Positions 17,388-26,831 are shown, counted from the stretch's first letter. The stretch: 64,000 bases of DNA from Deltaproteobacteria bacterium UBA4427 (GCA_002390675.1 DGPZ01000106.1:48737-112736), one strand, 5' to 3'. Notes: a model not told the origin generated them from the letters alone. Program-made: numbers and translations.

Positions 17388-19298
17388 ATGAGCGAACATG
17401 ATTCGGATTCTGGATCGCAGGGCCGGAAGGGCTTCGTGCGAGACGTCATGCGGCGCATCAATCCAACTCAGACTGGCGCCCCAGGCGCACGCACCGAGGA
17501 CGACGAGCTGGACACAGGTTTCCCCGGCGGTGCCGCCGGTGGGCATGGGCTCGATCCCGGACGACCTGGTACGGGCCGTTCGGAGAGTGAAGCTGAGCGA
17601 CTCCAAGACGCCATGAACTTCTTTGGCAGTGACTCTAATGAGTTCCGACACCGTCTCGACCGGATGCTCGCGGACTTTGAAACGCTGCGACGGCGATACG
17701 ACCAGTCGCGCACGCAGCATCGTGATGCCGAACGGCAGAACGAAAAGCTCGTGGGAATGCTGCAGGAGGCGAAGCAGCAGATCGAACTCTTGAAAGAAGA
17801 GGTCGACAAGCTCTGCGCCCCGCCGAACACCTACGGCGTGTTCCTCCGTGCGAATAAGGACGGAACGAGCGAGATCCTGATGGACGGTCGGCCCATGCGG
17901 GTCAACGTGCATCCGAACCTGGATCCGTTCCAGCTCGATGAAGGCCAGTTCGTGGTCCTCAACGAGGCGTTCAATATTATTGAAGGTGCCGAATACACCC
18001 AGCGCGGCGAAGTATGCACGGTGGTCGATTCGATTTCGGATTCGCGTGTGATCGTCAGCGGTCATACCGACGACGAACGTGTCGTGACGCTTTCGGAGCC
18101 GCTGCGGCGCGAATCGATCAAGGTCGGTGACTCGCTGCTCGTGGACATGCGAACGCAGTACGCGTTTGAGAGGCTGCCTAAGTCTTCGGTCGAAGAAGTG
18201 ATGCTGGAAGAAATTCCGGACGTGACCTACGAAGATATTGGTGGGCTGGGCGACCAGATCGAGATCCTGCGGGATTCGGTCGAACTGCCTTACCTCCACC
18301 CGGAAGTCTTCGCCGAACATCAGCTCAGCCCGCCTAAGGGCATCCTTCTCTACGGACCGCCCGGTTGTGGCAAGACGTTGATCGCTAAGGCGGTCGCGAA
18401 TAGCCTGGCCAAGCGGATCGAATCACAGACGGGGAAGTCGACCACGGCCTACTTCCTGAACGTGAAGGGACCAGAGCTGCTTAACAAGTACGTCGGTGAG
18501 ACGGAGAGCAAGCTCCGCGACGTCTTTAAGAAGGCGCGTGAGAAGGCGAGCCAGGACGTGCCGGTCGTTGTCTTCTTCGACGAGATGGACTCGCTTTTCC
18601 GCATGCGCGGTTCGGGTGTCTCCTCGGACATGGAAGCGACCGTCGTGGCCCAGTTCTTGTCGGAGATCGATGGTGTTGAGTCACTGCAGAACGTGATCGT
18701 GATTGGCGCGAGTAACCGACAGGATCTCATCGATCCCGCGGTGCTTCGCCCGGGACGGCTCGACCTCAAGGTTAAGGTGTCTCGCCCGGATCGCGAATCC
18801 GCGCAGCAGATCCTCGAGAAGTACCTCACGCCGGATCTGCCACTTCACAAAGACTTCATGGCTAAGTACGGCGAGGACCGCAACGTCGCATGTCGGAAGA
18901 TGATCGCTGAGGTCGTCGACAACATGTACTCCGAGGGAGAGGAGAACAAATTCCTCGAAGTGACCTACGCCAAGGGCGAACGTGAGATCTTCTACTTCAA
19001 GGACTTCTCTTCGGGAGCGATGCTCGAGAATATTGTGGCACGTGCCAAGCGGAAGGCTGTAAAGCGCTTCCTTGGGGACGGCGAGCACGGTATTACGGCA
19101 GCTGACATGATCGAATCGGTGCGAGAGGAGTTTAAGGAGAACGAAGATCTCCCGAACACCACGAACCCGGACGATTGGGCGCGCATCTCAGGACGAAAGG
19201 GCGAACGAATCATCAACGTGCGAACGCTCATCACCGGAATGGAGCGTAAAGAAGAGAGCATCGAGAACGTCTCGAGCGGCCAGGGACAGTACCTCTAG
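17388..19298 (+). CDS. mpa: proteasome-associated AAA+ ATPase (Mpa/ARC)
   Basis: N-terminal coiled coil (EKLVGMLQEAKQQIELLKEEVDKL), Walker A YGPPGCGKTL, Walker B VVVFFDEMD, and a C-terminal ...GQGQYL (the Mpa-type GQYL docking tail). ATG 17388 has AAGGAGGAG 8-16 nt upstream, so I prefer it to the track's GTG 17346. Confidence 0.93.
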   Translation: MSEHDSDSGSQGRKGFVRDVMRRINPTQTGAPGARTEDDELDTGFPGGAAGGHGLDPGRPGTGRSESEAERLQDAMNFFGSDSNEFRHRLDRMLADFETLRRRYDQSRTQHRDAERQNEKLVGMLQEAKQQIELLKEEVDKLCAPPNTYGVFLRANKDGTSEILMDGRPMRVNVHPNLDPFQLDEGQFVVLNEAFNIIEGAEYTQRGEVCTVVDSISDSRVIVSGHTDDERVVTLSEPLRRESIKVGDSLLVDMRTQYAFERLPKSSVEEVMLEEIPDVTYEDIGGLGDQIEILRDSVELPYLHPEVFAEHQLSPPKGILLYGPPGCGKTLIAKAVANSLAKRIESQTGKSTTAYFLNVKGPELLNKYVGETESKLRDVFKKAREKASQDVPVVVFFDEMDSLFRMRGSGVSSDMEATVVAQFLSEIDGVESLQNVIVIGASNRQDLIDPAVLRPGRLDLKVKVSRPDRESAQQILEKYLTPDLPLHKDFMAKYGEDRNVACRKMIAEVVDNMYSEGEENKFLEVTYAKGEREIFYFKDFSSGAMLENIVARAKRKAVKRFLGDGEHGITAADMIESVREEFKENEDLPNTTNPDDWARISGRKGERIINVRTLITGMERKEESIENVSSGQGQYL

Positions 19299-19503
19299 CG
19301 GCTAGAGAGCGGTTTCGAGAGCGGAATAGCAACACTCAGTCTGTTAGTGCGAGTCGGCGGTTGAACGCCGAGCGTGAAATAGAGCGCGGCGCAGCCGCCG
19401 ACTCGACGACAGGCGGAAACACATTTTGGATCAACTCTTCCCGATTTAGGGGAGACCCTCAAATTTCCTTGAAGGGCGAGAGCCCAGGAGCTTCGAAACC
19501 GAG

Positions 19504-20985
19504 ATGGCTATCCCTACTGTCATGGGCACAGAGATTGAGTTCGGGATCATGGTCAAGAATGACCCTGACTTCGATCCGATTTCGTCCTGCGTCCTGATAG
19601 TGAACGCCTATCGCGAAGATCCAGATGGCGAAATTCTCTGGGACTACGATCAGGAAAACCCGCTTGCAGATGCGCGTGGCTTCCAAGTTGAGGGCGAGAA
19701 GTATACGCCTAACCAGCAAGAAAATATTGCACGAAACAAGACGCTGATTAACGGCGCACGCTACTACGTCGATCACGCGCATCCCGAATACGCGAGCCCG
19801 GAAGTCACGAATGCACGTGATCTCGTGATTCACGAAAAGGCCGGCGAGCGAGTCATCGAAATCAGCCGTCGTGAGGCGAACCAGCTTCTCCCGCCCGGTG
19901 CGCAGATGCTGATTTACAAGAACAACAGCGACCGCAAGGGCAACAGCTATGGCTGCCACGAGAACTATCTCATGGATCGCCGCACGTCCTTCAAGCGAAT
20001 CGTCGAGCCCCTCCTTCCGTTCTTTGCAACGCGCCAGATCTGGTGCGGCGCCGGTAAGGTAGGCAGCGAAAACCGCAATCATCCCTGCAACTATCAGCTA
20101 TCCCAGCGCGCGGACTTCTTCGAGACGGAAGTGGCGCTGGATACGATGGTCAAGCGACCCATCGTGAATACCCGTGACGAACCGCACGCAGACCGGGAAA
20201 AGTATCGCCGACTCCATGTGATCGTGGGTGATTCAAATATGTCGGAATACACGATTTATCTGCGAAACGGCGTAACTGCTTTGATTCTGTCGATGATCGA
20301 AGACGGCGCGATTACGAAGGACCTTTCACTTCGCGATCCGGTGAAAGCGATTCGCGAAGTTTCCCATGACCTAACGCTTGCTCACGAGCTGACGATGGAT
20401 GACGGTACGTCTCGGACGGCTCTGCAGATCCAACAAGATTTCTACGAGATGATGCTGGCGTATGCGTCGTCGCGATCTCTCGATCCGATTCAAAAGGATG
20501 TCATTCAGAAATGGGGCGAGGTGCTCGAAGCCCTCGCTCGCGATCCCATGGAGCTCGACACCCGAATCGACTGGGTGATGAAGAAGCGCCTGATCGAAAG
20601 CTATATGGATCGCAAGGATCTCCTCTGGGATGCTTCACAGGTGCAGATGCTCGATCTCCAGTACCACGATTCGCGGCCGGACAAAGGTCTCTATTACTTG
20701 CTCGAACGACAGGGCAAGGCAGAGCGCATCGTGACCGACGAAGAGATTGCGCGCGCGGTCTATAATCCACCTAGGGACACCCGGGCATATTTCCGTGGTG
20801 AATGCTTGCGACGCTATCCGAGGGAAGTGTTCGGCGTGAACTGGGATTCGATCTCGTTTGGACTCGGGGATGATTCCGTGAAGCGAATCATGATGGCGGA
20901 GCCTTTGAAGGGCACGAGTGAAGTTGTCGAGGAGCTGCTCGATCGGTCGGGTACGGCTGCGGAGCTTCTCGAGAATATGACTTAG
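19504..20985 (+). CDS. dop: Pup deamidase/depupylase Dop
   Basis: PafA/Dop-family N-terminus MGTEIEFG and the conserved NTRDEPHADREKYRRLHVIVGDSNMSEYT. Compared with the paralogue at 23048 it carries an extra ~40-aa insertion (EDPDGEILWDYDQENPLADARGFQVEGEKYTPNQQENIARNKT) at the position of the Dop loop. It occupies the dop position, between mpa and pup. Confidence 0.85.
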   Translation: MAIPTVMGTEIEFGIMVKNDPDFDPISSCVLIVNAYREDPDGEILWDYDQENPLADARGFQVEGEKYTPNQQENIARNKTLINGARYYVDHAHPEYASPEVTNARDLVIHEKAGERVIEISRREANQLLPPGAQMLIYKNNSDRKGNSYGCHENYLMDRRTSFKRIVEPLLPFFATRQIWCGAGKVGSENRNHPCNYQLSQRADFFETEVALDTMVKRPIVNTRDEPHADREKYRRLHVIVGDSNMSEYTIYLRNGVTALILSMIEDGAITKDLSLRDPVKAIREVSHDLTLAHELTMDDGTSRTALQIQQDFYEMMLAYASSRSLDPIQKDVIQKWGEVLEALARDPMELDTRIDWVMKKRLIESYMDRKDLLWDASQVQMLDLQYHDSRPDKGLYYLLERQGKAERIVTDEEIARAVYNPPRDTRAYFRGECLRRYPREVFGVNWDSISFGLGDDSVKRIMMAEPLKGTSEVVEELLDRSGTAAELLENMT

Positions 20986-21078
20986 CAAAGACTTTTTCCC
21001 GTACGCCTTTGGTGTACGGACAGGAAGGCACTGGAAGCTGATTATTTTCGATCAGTCAAAGAGCCGGAGGTAGACGAG

Positions 21079-21369
21079 ATGGCGAACTTCATCACGATCG
21101 ATCGAATACGACGCAGCCGCGACGGTTCATCCGGAGATGCAGCTAATGATCTTCCGCTCTATATGGCGGCGGGGGAGCAGAAGCAGAAGCAAAAGGGTGG
21201 CGGCGAAGGCGGAGGTGAGGGCGGCGACTCCGAAGGTGGCCAGAAGATGGCTGAGAAGGGCGAGGACCTTAAAGAGGAGATGGACAATCTGCTCGATGAG
21301 ATCGATACGGTTCTTGAAGAGAATGCGGAAGAGTTCGTCAAGAATTACGTCCAGCGCGGCGGCGAATAG
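21079..21369 (+). CDS. pup: prokaryotic ubiquitin-like protein Pup
   Basis: C-terminal half EEMDNLLDEIDTVLEENAEEFVKNYVQRGGE matches the Pup Mpa-binding helix and ends in GGE. ATG 21079 has GGAGGT 8 nt upstream. The internal ATG 21163 (MAAGEQKQKQKGGG...) gives a canonical 68-aa Pup. Confidence 0.9.
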   Translation: MANFITIDRIRRSRDGSSGDAANDLPLYMAAGEQKQKQKGGGEGGGEGGDSEGGQKMAEKGEDLKEEMDNLLDEIDTVLEENAEEFVKNYVQRGGE

Positions 21370-21477
21370 CATCGCTTTCCTTTGCGCCGTTCGGTGTGGA
21401 CAGGAAGAGTCGCCGTGAATATCGCCGGTTAGCGATATGTAATTTCGAGGACGTAGTTCTTCGAGTAGAACATTTTA

Positions 21478-22290
21478 ATGTTTTCTGAGGGGGGAACAGT
21501 GCCGCTTCAAGGCAGCTACCAGGGTTCGAGTTTTTTCGAGCTCCTACAAGTCGAACACGATCATCTCTTGCCGGACCTTTCGGCTTGGGGAGAAAGTGCG
21601 GCTGCGATGATTCCGCACGGGACCACCGTTCTTACTATGAAATTCGGAAGCGGCGTACTCGTCGCGGGCGACCGGCTTGCGACGGCAGGGCATTCAGTTG
21701 CTTCGCGTGACGTCGTGAAGGTCTTCGAGACGGATCCATATTCGGTGATGGCAATTTCGGGCGCGGCTGGGCCGTGTATCGAGATGGCTCGCATTCTCTC
21801 CGTCGAGCTCGAGCACTATGAAAAGCTGGAAGGCGAAGCGCTCGAACTCGAGGGCAAGGCGAACAAGCTGTCTCAGATGATCCGGGCGAATCTGCCGGCG
21901 GCGATGCAGGGCCTCGCGGTCGTGCCGCTCTTTGCAGGCTTCGACACACGTCGAAAGACGGGACGCCTTTGGAAATTCGACATTACGGGCGGTCGCTATG
22001 AAGAGGGTGAGTTTGATGCGACGGGGTCCGGTGGACTCTATGCGCGGGAATCGCTGAAGCATGGCTGGCGTGCCGACCTCGGCCGTGACGAAGCGGTGAA
22101 GGTTGCTGTTGCAGGGCTCACGGCTGCGGCTGATGAAGACCGTGCGACAGGCGGCGTTGATCTCGAACGCGGCATTTATCCGATCATTAAGATCTGCACG
22201 AGTGACGGACACGAGGACGCGACCGAAGAAGAAATCGCCGCGTGCTACCGATCTATTCTCGAAGCGCGCGCTGCGGGAGGGAACCTCTAA
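21478..22290 (+). CDS. prcB: 20S proteasome beta subunit PrcB (with propeptide)
   Basis: A propeptide of about 49 aa is followed by HG/TTVLTMKFGSGVLVAGDRLATAG, containing the Thr1 nucleophile. An alternative GTG at 21499 is preceded by GAGGGGGG. Confidence 0.9.
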   Translation: MFSEGGTVPLQGSYQGSSFFELLQVEHDHLLPDLSAWGESAAAMIPHGTTVLTMKFGSGVLVAGDRLATAGHSVASRDVVKVFETDPYSVMAISGAAGPCIEMARILSVELEHYEKLEGEALELEGKANKLSQMIRANLPAAMQGLAVVPLFAGFDTRRKTGRLWKFDITGGRYEEGEFDATGSGGLYARESLKHGWRADLGRDEAVKVAVAGLTAAADEDRATGGVDLERGIYPIIKICTSDGHEDATEEEIAACYRSILEARAAGGNL

Positions 22291-22991
22291 TGTCGATGCC
22301 GTTCTACGTTTCACCGGAACAGGTAATGGCCGATAAGGCCGAATTTGCTCGCAAGGGCATCTCGCGCGGCAAGTCGATCGTTGGGCTCGAACACCAGGGG
22401 GGTGTCCTCCTGATGGCTGAGAACGCGACGGCGCTTTATAAGGTTGGCGAGATCTATGATCGCCTAGCCTTCGCAGGCGTTGGCAAGTTCAGCGAGTTCG
22501 ATCAGCTTCGAAAGGTCGGCGTCCGGTTCGCGGATACCAAGGGCTATGCCTACAGCCGCGAAGATGTTCGCGGTCGTGGTCTGGCTAATGCCTTTTCCCA
22601 GGTAATCGGCGACGTTTTCACGCGGGAGAATAAGCCGCTAGAGCTCGAGATCATCGTGGCCGAAGTTGGCGATGACCGATATGAGGACCATCGCAATAAT
22701 TCGCTCTACGTGATCAAGTACGACGGCTTCATCAGCGATCATCCGGGGTTCTGCGCAATTGGTGGAAACGTCGAAGACGTCGAGTCAGTACTCCAAACTG
22801 ACTATCGTGATGGAATGCCGGTTGGGGACGCCGCTAAGCTGGGGCTTCGCGCATTGAGCGCCGGCGCAGAACGAAGCTCTGAGCTGGACGCGGGTAGTCT
22901 CGAAGTTTGTCTTCTGGATCGGGAACGGACGGGTCGCAAGTTCTGCCGCCTTTCTGCCGATGAAGTTCAAGGTATGCTGGACGGTAGCTAG
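22290..22991 (+). CDS. prcA: 20S proteasome alpha subunit PrcA
   Basis: MSMPFYVSPEQVMADKAEFARKGISRGKSIVGL is collinear with the actinobacterial PrcA N-terminus. ATG 22290 overlaps the prcB stop (TAATG). Confidence 0.9.
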   Translation: MSMPFYVSPEQVMADKAEFARKGISRGKSIVGLEHQGGVLLMAENATALYKVGEIYDRLAFAGVGKFSEFDQLRKVGVRFADTKGYAYSREDVRGRGLANAFSQVIGDVFTRENKPLELEIIVAEVGDDRYEDHRNNSLYVIKYDGFISDHPGFCAIGGNVEDVESVLQTDYRDGMPVGDAAKLGLRALSAGAERSSELDAGSLEVCLLDRERTGRKFCRLSADEVQGMLDGS

Positions 22992-23047
22992 CGGCGAACT
23001 CTCGCCCGAAGCTCGTCGGTGGCCCGCGGAAGGCGGTCAGGCTCAAC

Positions 23048-24454
23048 GTGCAGAAGCGCATCTACGGTATCGAGACCGAGTTCGGAATCATCTTCACGCC
23101 CGAGGGCAGGAAGACGCTCCCCGTTGAGAAGGCAATTCGCTTTCTCTTCGAGAAGCTCATCACGACCGAACATTTCCTGAATGTATTCCTTGAGAATGGC
23201 GCCCGGTTCTATCAGGACACGGGTTGTCATCCCGAGTATGCAACTCCCGAATGCATCTCGCCGAGCCAGCTGACGATCTACGACAGAGCCGGTGAGCGGA
23301 TCCTCGAGGATCTTCAGATCTATGCTGAAGAGAAAATCCGCGAAGAGCGCATTCCTGGCAAGCTATCGATCTTCAAGAACAACACGGACTTCGTGGGGAA
23401 CAGCTACGGCTGTCACGAGAACTACCTCGTCGATCGCGACGTAGATTTCTACTACCTCGCCGAACAGCTGATTCCGTTCCTCGTGACGCGCCAGATCTAC
23501 ACCGGCGCAGGGAAGGTCTTCCAGACCCAGGACGGCATTCACTACTGTGTTAGTCAGCGCGCCCAGCATATCTATCAGAAGATTTCGGGCACGACGACGA
23601 ACGATCGATCGATCATTAATACCCGAGATGAACCGCATGCCGACCGAGAGAAGTATCGTCGGCTGCATGTGATCGTCGGTGACTCGAATATGAGCGAGTA
23701 CACCAACTTCATCAAGGTGGGGACGGCTTCGGTCGTGCTCCAGATGATTGAAGACAACTACATCAACAAGGACTTCACGCTTCGCAACCCGGTCAAGGCG
23801 ATCAAGGACATCACCTACGATGCGACTTGTAAGCGAAAGCTCCGCCTTGATAATGGTCGCGAATATTCGCCGATAGAGATCCAGCGCGAATACTGCGAGA
23901 TGGCCCAAAAGTACATTGAGCAGTATCCCGTCACGGAGGACCACAAGAAAGCGGTCCATATGTGGCAGCACGTGCTCGACTGCCTCGATACCGACCCGAA
24001 TAAGCTCGATCGCCAGATCGACTGGGTCATCAAGCGAAAGCTGATCCAGAGTTGGGTAGACAAGCATGAGACCACTTGGGACGATCCGCGGGTTTTGATG
24101 CTCGATCTTCAGTACCACGACATTCGCCGCGAACGCAGCCTCTTCTACTTGATGGAACGCAAGGGTGCGGTTGAGCGCTTGTTCACGGACGAGCAGGTCG
24201 ATGCAGCGAAGGCCACGCCTCCGCCGGATACCCGTGCGAAGATGCGCGGCGAATTCATCAAGCTCGCTCGTGAGAACTCGATCCAGTACGACCTCGACTG
24301 GTCGAATATTCGACTGGGCAATCTGCTCAACGTGCGGGTGATCTGTAATAACCCGTTTGAGACGGACACCGAAAAGGTCGCCGAACTCGTTCGCACGATT
24401 CAGAAAACGAATCTGCGAAAGACCTCGCTCTCGAAGCTTGTTATTCAGAGCTAG
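23048..24454 (+). CDS. pafA: Pup-protein ligase PafA
   Basis: MQKRIYGIETEFGI..., GNSYGCHENYL, and NTRDEPHADREKYRRLHVIVGDSNMSEYT. It lacks the Dop-loop insertion present in the paralogue at 19504. GTG start. Confidence 0.85.
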   Translation: MQKRIYGIETEFGIIFTPEGRKTLPVEKAIRFLFEKLITTEHFLNVFLENGARFYQDTGCHPEYATPECISPSQLTIYDRAGERILEDLQIYAEEKIREERIPGKLSIFKNNTDFVGNSYGCHENYLVDRDVDFYYLAEQLIPFLVTRQIYTGAGKVFQTQDGIHYCVSQRAQHIYQKISGTTTNDRSIINTRDEPHADREKYRRLHVIVGDSNMSEYTNFIKVGTASVVLQMIEDNYINKDFTLRNPVKAIKDITYDATCKRKLRLDNGREYSPIEIQREYCEMAQKYIEQYPVTEDHKKAVHMWQHVLDCLDTDPNKLDRQIDWVIKRKLIQSWVDKHETTWDDPRVLMLDLQYHDIRRERSLFYLMERKGAVERLFTDEQVDAAKATPPPDTRAKMRGEFIKLARENSIQYDLDWSNIRLGNLLNVRVICNNPFETDTEKVAELVRTIQKTNLRKTSLSKLVIQS

Positions 24455-24490
24455 GCGCTGCGATTCGCCATTGGCCGGACACGCTCATCC

Positions 24491-24511
24491 CCGTCGGCCC
24501 CGTACCGACGG
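24491..24511 (+). terminator. hairpin after pafA (possible operon terminator, no U-tract)
   Basis: CCGTCGG-ccccgta-CCGACGG: perfect 7-bp stem, 37 nt after the pafA stop. Confidence 0.3.
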
Positions 24512-25033
24512 TGGCGGGAGAGGTTGTTCAAATCTCCGGCGAATCCCTCGAGATATGGGTAGAACTTGATGCTGAGGCCGGTGAAACCGCTTAACCGTTT
24601 ATGCGGTCGACGAGAAAAGTCCCTATTGCGGGGATGATTGCCGGCGAGTTCCTGTACTAGCTGAGTTGCAACGATAGGGATGGCGCCTGAAAAGATTTCG
24701 GCTTCACCTAGGACGCGCGCTGCGAGTTGAAAATCGATGCTCAGATGAGGCCGAGTTAGGCGCTACCATCGAATTTCGAGGACGTGGACGATGGTGAGGG
24801 CATTTCAGTAGGCCCGCCTTTGGCATCTGGTCAGAAGGCTTTTGCGCCAGGCGGAGGTGCCTGCTGGTTCTCCCTGAGACCATTTTCTTGATGGTGTGAC
24901 GCCGCTCAGCCGCGTCCGGGGAAAAATCCCTTATTCAGGCCGCATTCGTACTCAATCTCTGCGCGCCTTTGCCGATTTAACAGGACGGGACTGCTTTGCA
25001 CTCTTCCTGCGGATCCCCGAATCGGAGCGCTCC

Positions 25034-26071
25034 ATGATAGTCGATGCCATCGCCGGCCTATTCTCACACGACCTCGCGATCGACCTCGGTACGGCCAATA
25101 CACTTGTTTACCTCAAGGGGAAGGGCGTTGTTTGCTCGGAACCCTCTGTCGTTGCTGTCACGAATGAAGGTGGCGGTAAAGCCGCCCGTGTTCGCGCAGT
25201 AGGTCACGATGCGAAAGCGATGCTCGGACGCACTCCCGGCAATATCGCCGCTGTGCGACCGATCAAGGACGGTGTTATCGCCGACTTTGAAATCACTGAA
25301 GCTATGCTTCGCTACTTTATTCAGAAGGCCCATAACCGCCGCACGCTCGCAAGACCGCGCATCGTTATCTGCGTGCCTCCTTGCATCACGAGCGTCGAGA
25401 AGCGGGCGGTTCGCGAGTCGGCACTCTCCGCCGGCGCGCGCGAAGTTTTCTTGATCGAAGAGCCCATGGCCGCCGCGATCGGTGCTGGACTGGACGTCAC
25501 TGCGCCGACCGGCAATATGGTCGTCGATATCGGTGGTGGCACGACCGACGTCGCCGTGATCTCGCTTTCGGGCATCGTCACCTCCCGCTCGATCCGCACC
25601 GGTGGTGATAAAATGGACGAAGCGATCATCAACTTTGTTAAGCGTAAGTACAACATGCTAATCGGCGAACAAACCGCGGAATCCGTCAAGATGAAGGTCG
25701 GCACAGCATCCACAGAGAGCGCTGTGCAAGAGATGGAAATCAAGGGCCGCGACTTGGTCGCTGGCATTCCGAAGGTCGTCACGACGACGAGCGACGAAAT
25801 GCGTGAAGCGCTGCTCGAGCCGATTCACTCAATCGTCGAGACGGTGCATCTCACCCTTGAGAAGACGCCGCCGGAACTTGCTGCAGACATCGTCGACCGC
25901 GGCATCATGCTCGTCGGTGGTGGATCTCTTCTTACGGACCTCGATCATCTCCTGCGAAAGGAGACGCAACTACCGATCCTGCGCTCCGAGGATTCCTTTA
26001 CGGCGGTCGTTCACGGCGCGGGCAAGGCCCTCGACAATATTTCGCTACTCCGCGAAGTGTCGCTGACCTAA
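25034..26071 (+). CDS. mreB: rod shape-determining actin homologue MreB
   Basis: MIVDAIAGLFSHDLAIDLGTANTLVYLKGKGVV...DIGGGTTDVAVISL...LVGGGSLL. I prefer ATG 25034 to the track start 24896. Confidence 0.95.
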   Translation: MIVDAIAGLFSHDLAIDLGTANTLVYLKGKGVVCSEPSVVAVTNEGGGKAARVRAVGHDAKAMLGRTPGNIAAVRPIKDGVIADFEITEAMLRYFIQKAHNRRTLARPRIVICVPPCITSVEKRAVRESALSAGAREVFLIEEPMAAAIGAGLDVTAPTGNMVVDIGGGTTDVAVISLSGIVTSRSIRTGGDKMDEAIINFVKRKYNMLIGEQTAESVKMKVGTASTESAVQEMEIKGRDLVAGIPKVVTTTSDEMREALLEPIHSIVETVHLTLEKTPPELAADIVDRGIMLVGGGSLLTDLDHLLRKETQLPILRSEDSFTAVVHGAGKALDNISLLREVSLT

Positions 26072-26186
26072 TCTTCGCTCGCGATCAGCCAATGCGTCTT
26101 TGGCGGAGCCCGCGTCTGGCTTCGTTAGTCGTGTGCCGGTTTATTTCCGGCCCTACGGACTTGGTTTCGTTCGGGGCTGACTTCGC

Positions 26187-26831
26187 TCAGTCGGGAGAGA
26201 GCGCCGTCAGGGCAAGCTCGATCGCCATGCCTTCGTCGCCTTCGAGCTCGACTTGACCCGCAAGGAAAGCGTCCTGAGGGTCGAGCTCGCCCGCCCGCAA
26301 TTGGGAATAGGTCTCAGCGTTAATTCTGATTGTCGCGCGAGGTTCGTTCGTGTGCGTGTCGACCCCGAAATGCGCGAAGAGAACGAAGCCGCCTACGCCA
26401 ACGCGCTCGAATGTGAGGCTTCCTGCAAGTGCACGTAGACTCCGGACCCGGCTTGACGTCAGCCGCATGTCGTCGCCTAACCCAGCAAGCCCACCAAGGA
26501 AACCGAGCAGCGAATCTCCGCATTCACGCCTTAGGTTTTCGAAGTCCGAGAGCGCGTGTGCCAGAATCATAAAGGGCGGATAGGAGGGTGCTTCGGCTGA
26601 GCTCATTACGCCGCGCTCGATGTCATAGGCGAAGCGTTCGAAAGAACCGCCCGCGTCAACCTGCACGACGATCGAGCTTCGCACGGCCTCCATCTCTTCG
26701 AGGAGTCGAGTTGCTTCCGGATCGTCTGCAGCCACGCTGCGTTGTCGAGCGAGTGTCGCATTGAACTGATCTGGCACGCGTGACGCATAGAACGCCCGCG
26801 CTGCACTGATTAATTCCGCCGCATCACTCAC
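26187..26831 (-). CDS. SCP2 sterol-binding-domain protein
   Basis: The C-terminus LRAGELDPQDAFLAGQVELEGDEGMAIELALTAL matches the SCP2 motif (xLxPxxAFxxGxxxxxGDxxxAxxL). Its start overlaps the mltG stop. Confidence 0.6.
   Translation of the reverse strand: MSDAAELISAARAFYASRVPDQFNATLARQRSVAADDPEATRLLEEMEAVRSSIVVQVDAGGSFERFAYDIERGVMSSAEAPSYPPFMILAHALSDFENLRRECGDSLLGFLGGLAGLGDDMRLTSSRVRSLRALAGSLTFERVGVGGFVLFAHFGVDTHTNEPRATIRINAETYSQLRAGELDPQDAFLAGQVELEGDEGMAIELALTALSPD

Noticed and set aside
16622-17391. ORFs 16622..17368 (248 aa) and 17029..17391 (120 aa) as genes upstream of mpa. The second ends in an ATGA overlap with the mpa start.
   Set aside because: Neither has a recognisable motif. My hand count of third-position G+C for 17029..17391 is 67/120, clearly lower by eye than in mpa. 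It prefers AAA over AAG and uses GGA heavily, unlike the neighbouring genes. The candidate sigma-54 promoter lies inside it. I treat both as non-coding, but this is not proven.
17001-18320. 439-aa ORF on the minus strand
   Set aside because: It lies entirely antisense to the well-supported mpa gene. Its composition is rich in Arg, His and Val with no motifs, which is typical of shadow ORFs in GC-rich DNA.
24560-24720. Membrane-protein-like peptide on the minus strand between pafA and mreB (..IFSGAIPIVATQLVQELAG / AIIPAIGTFLVDRING)
   Set aside because: It has no start codon, is split over two frames and is very short. It cannot be assigned to any family. It may be another relic, but the evidence is too thin.
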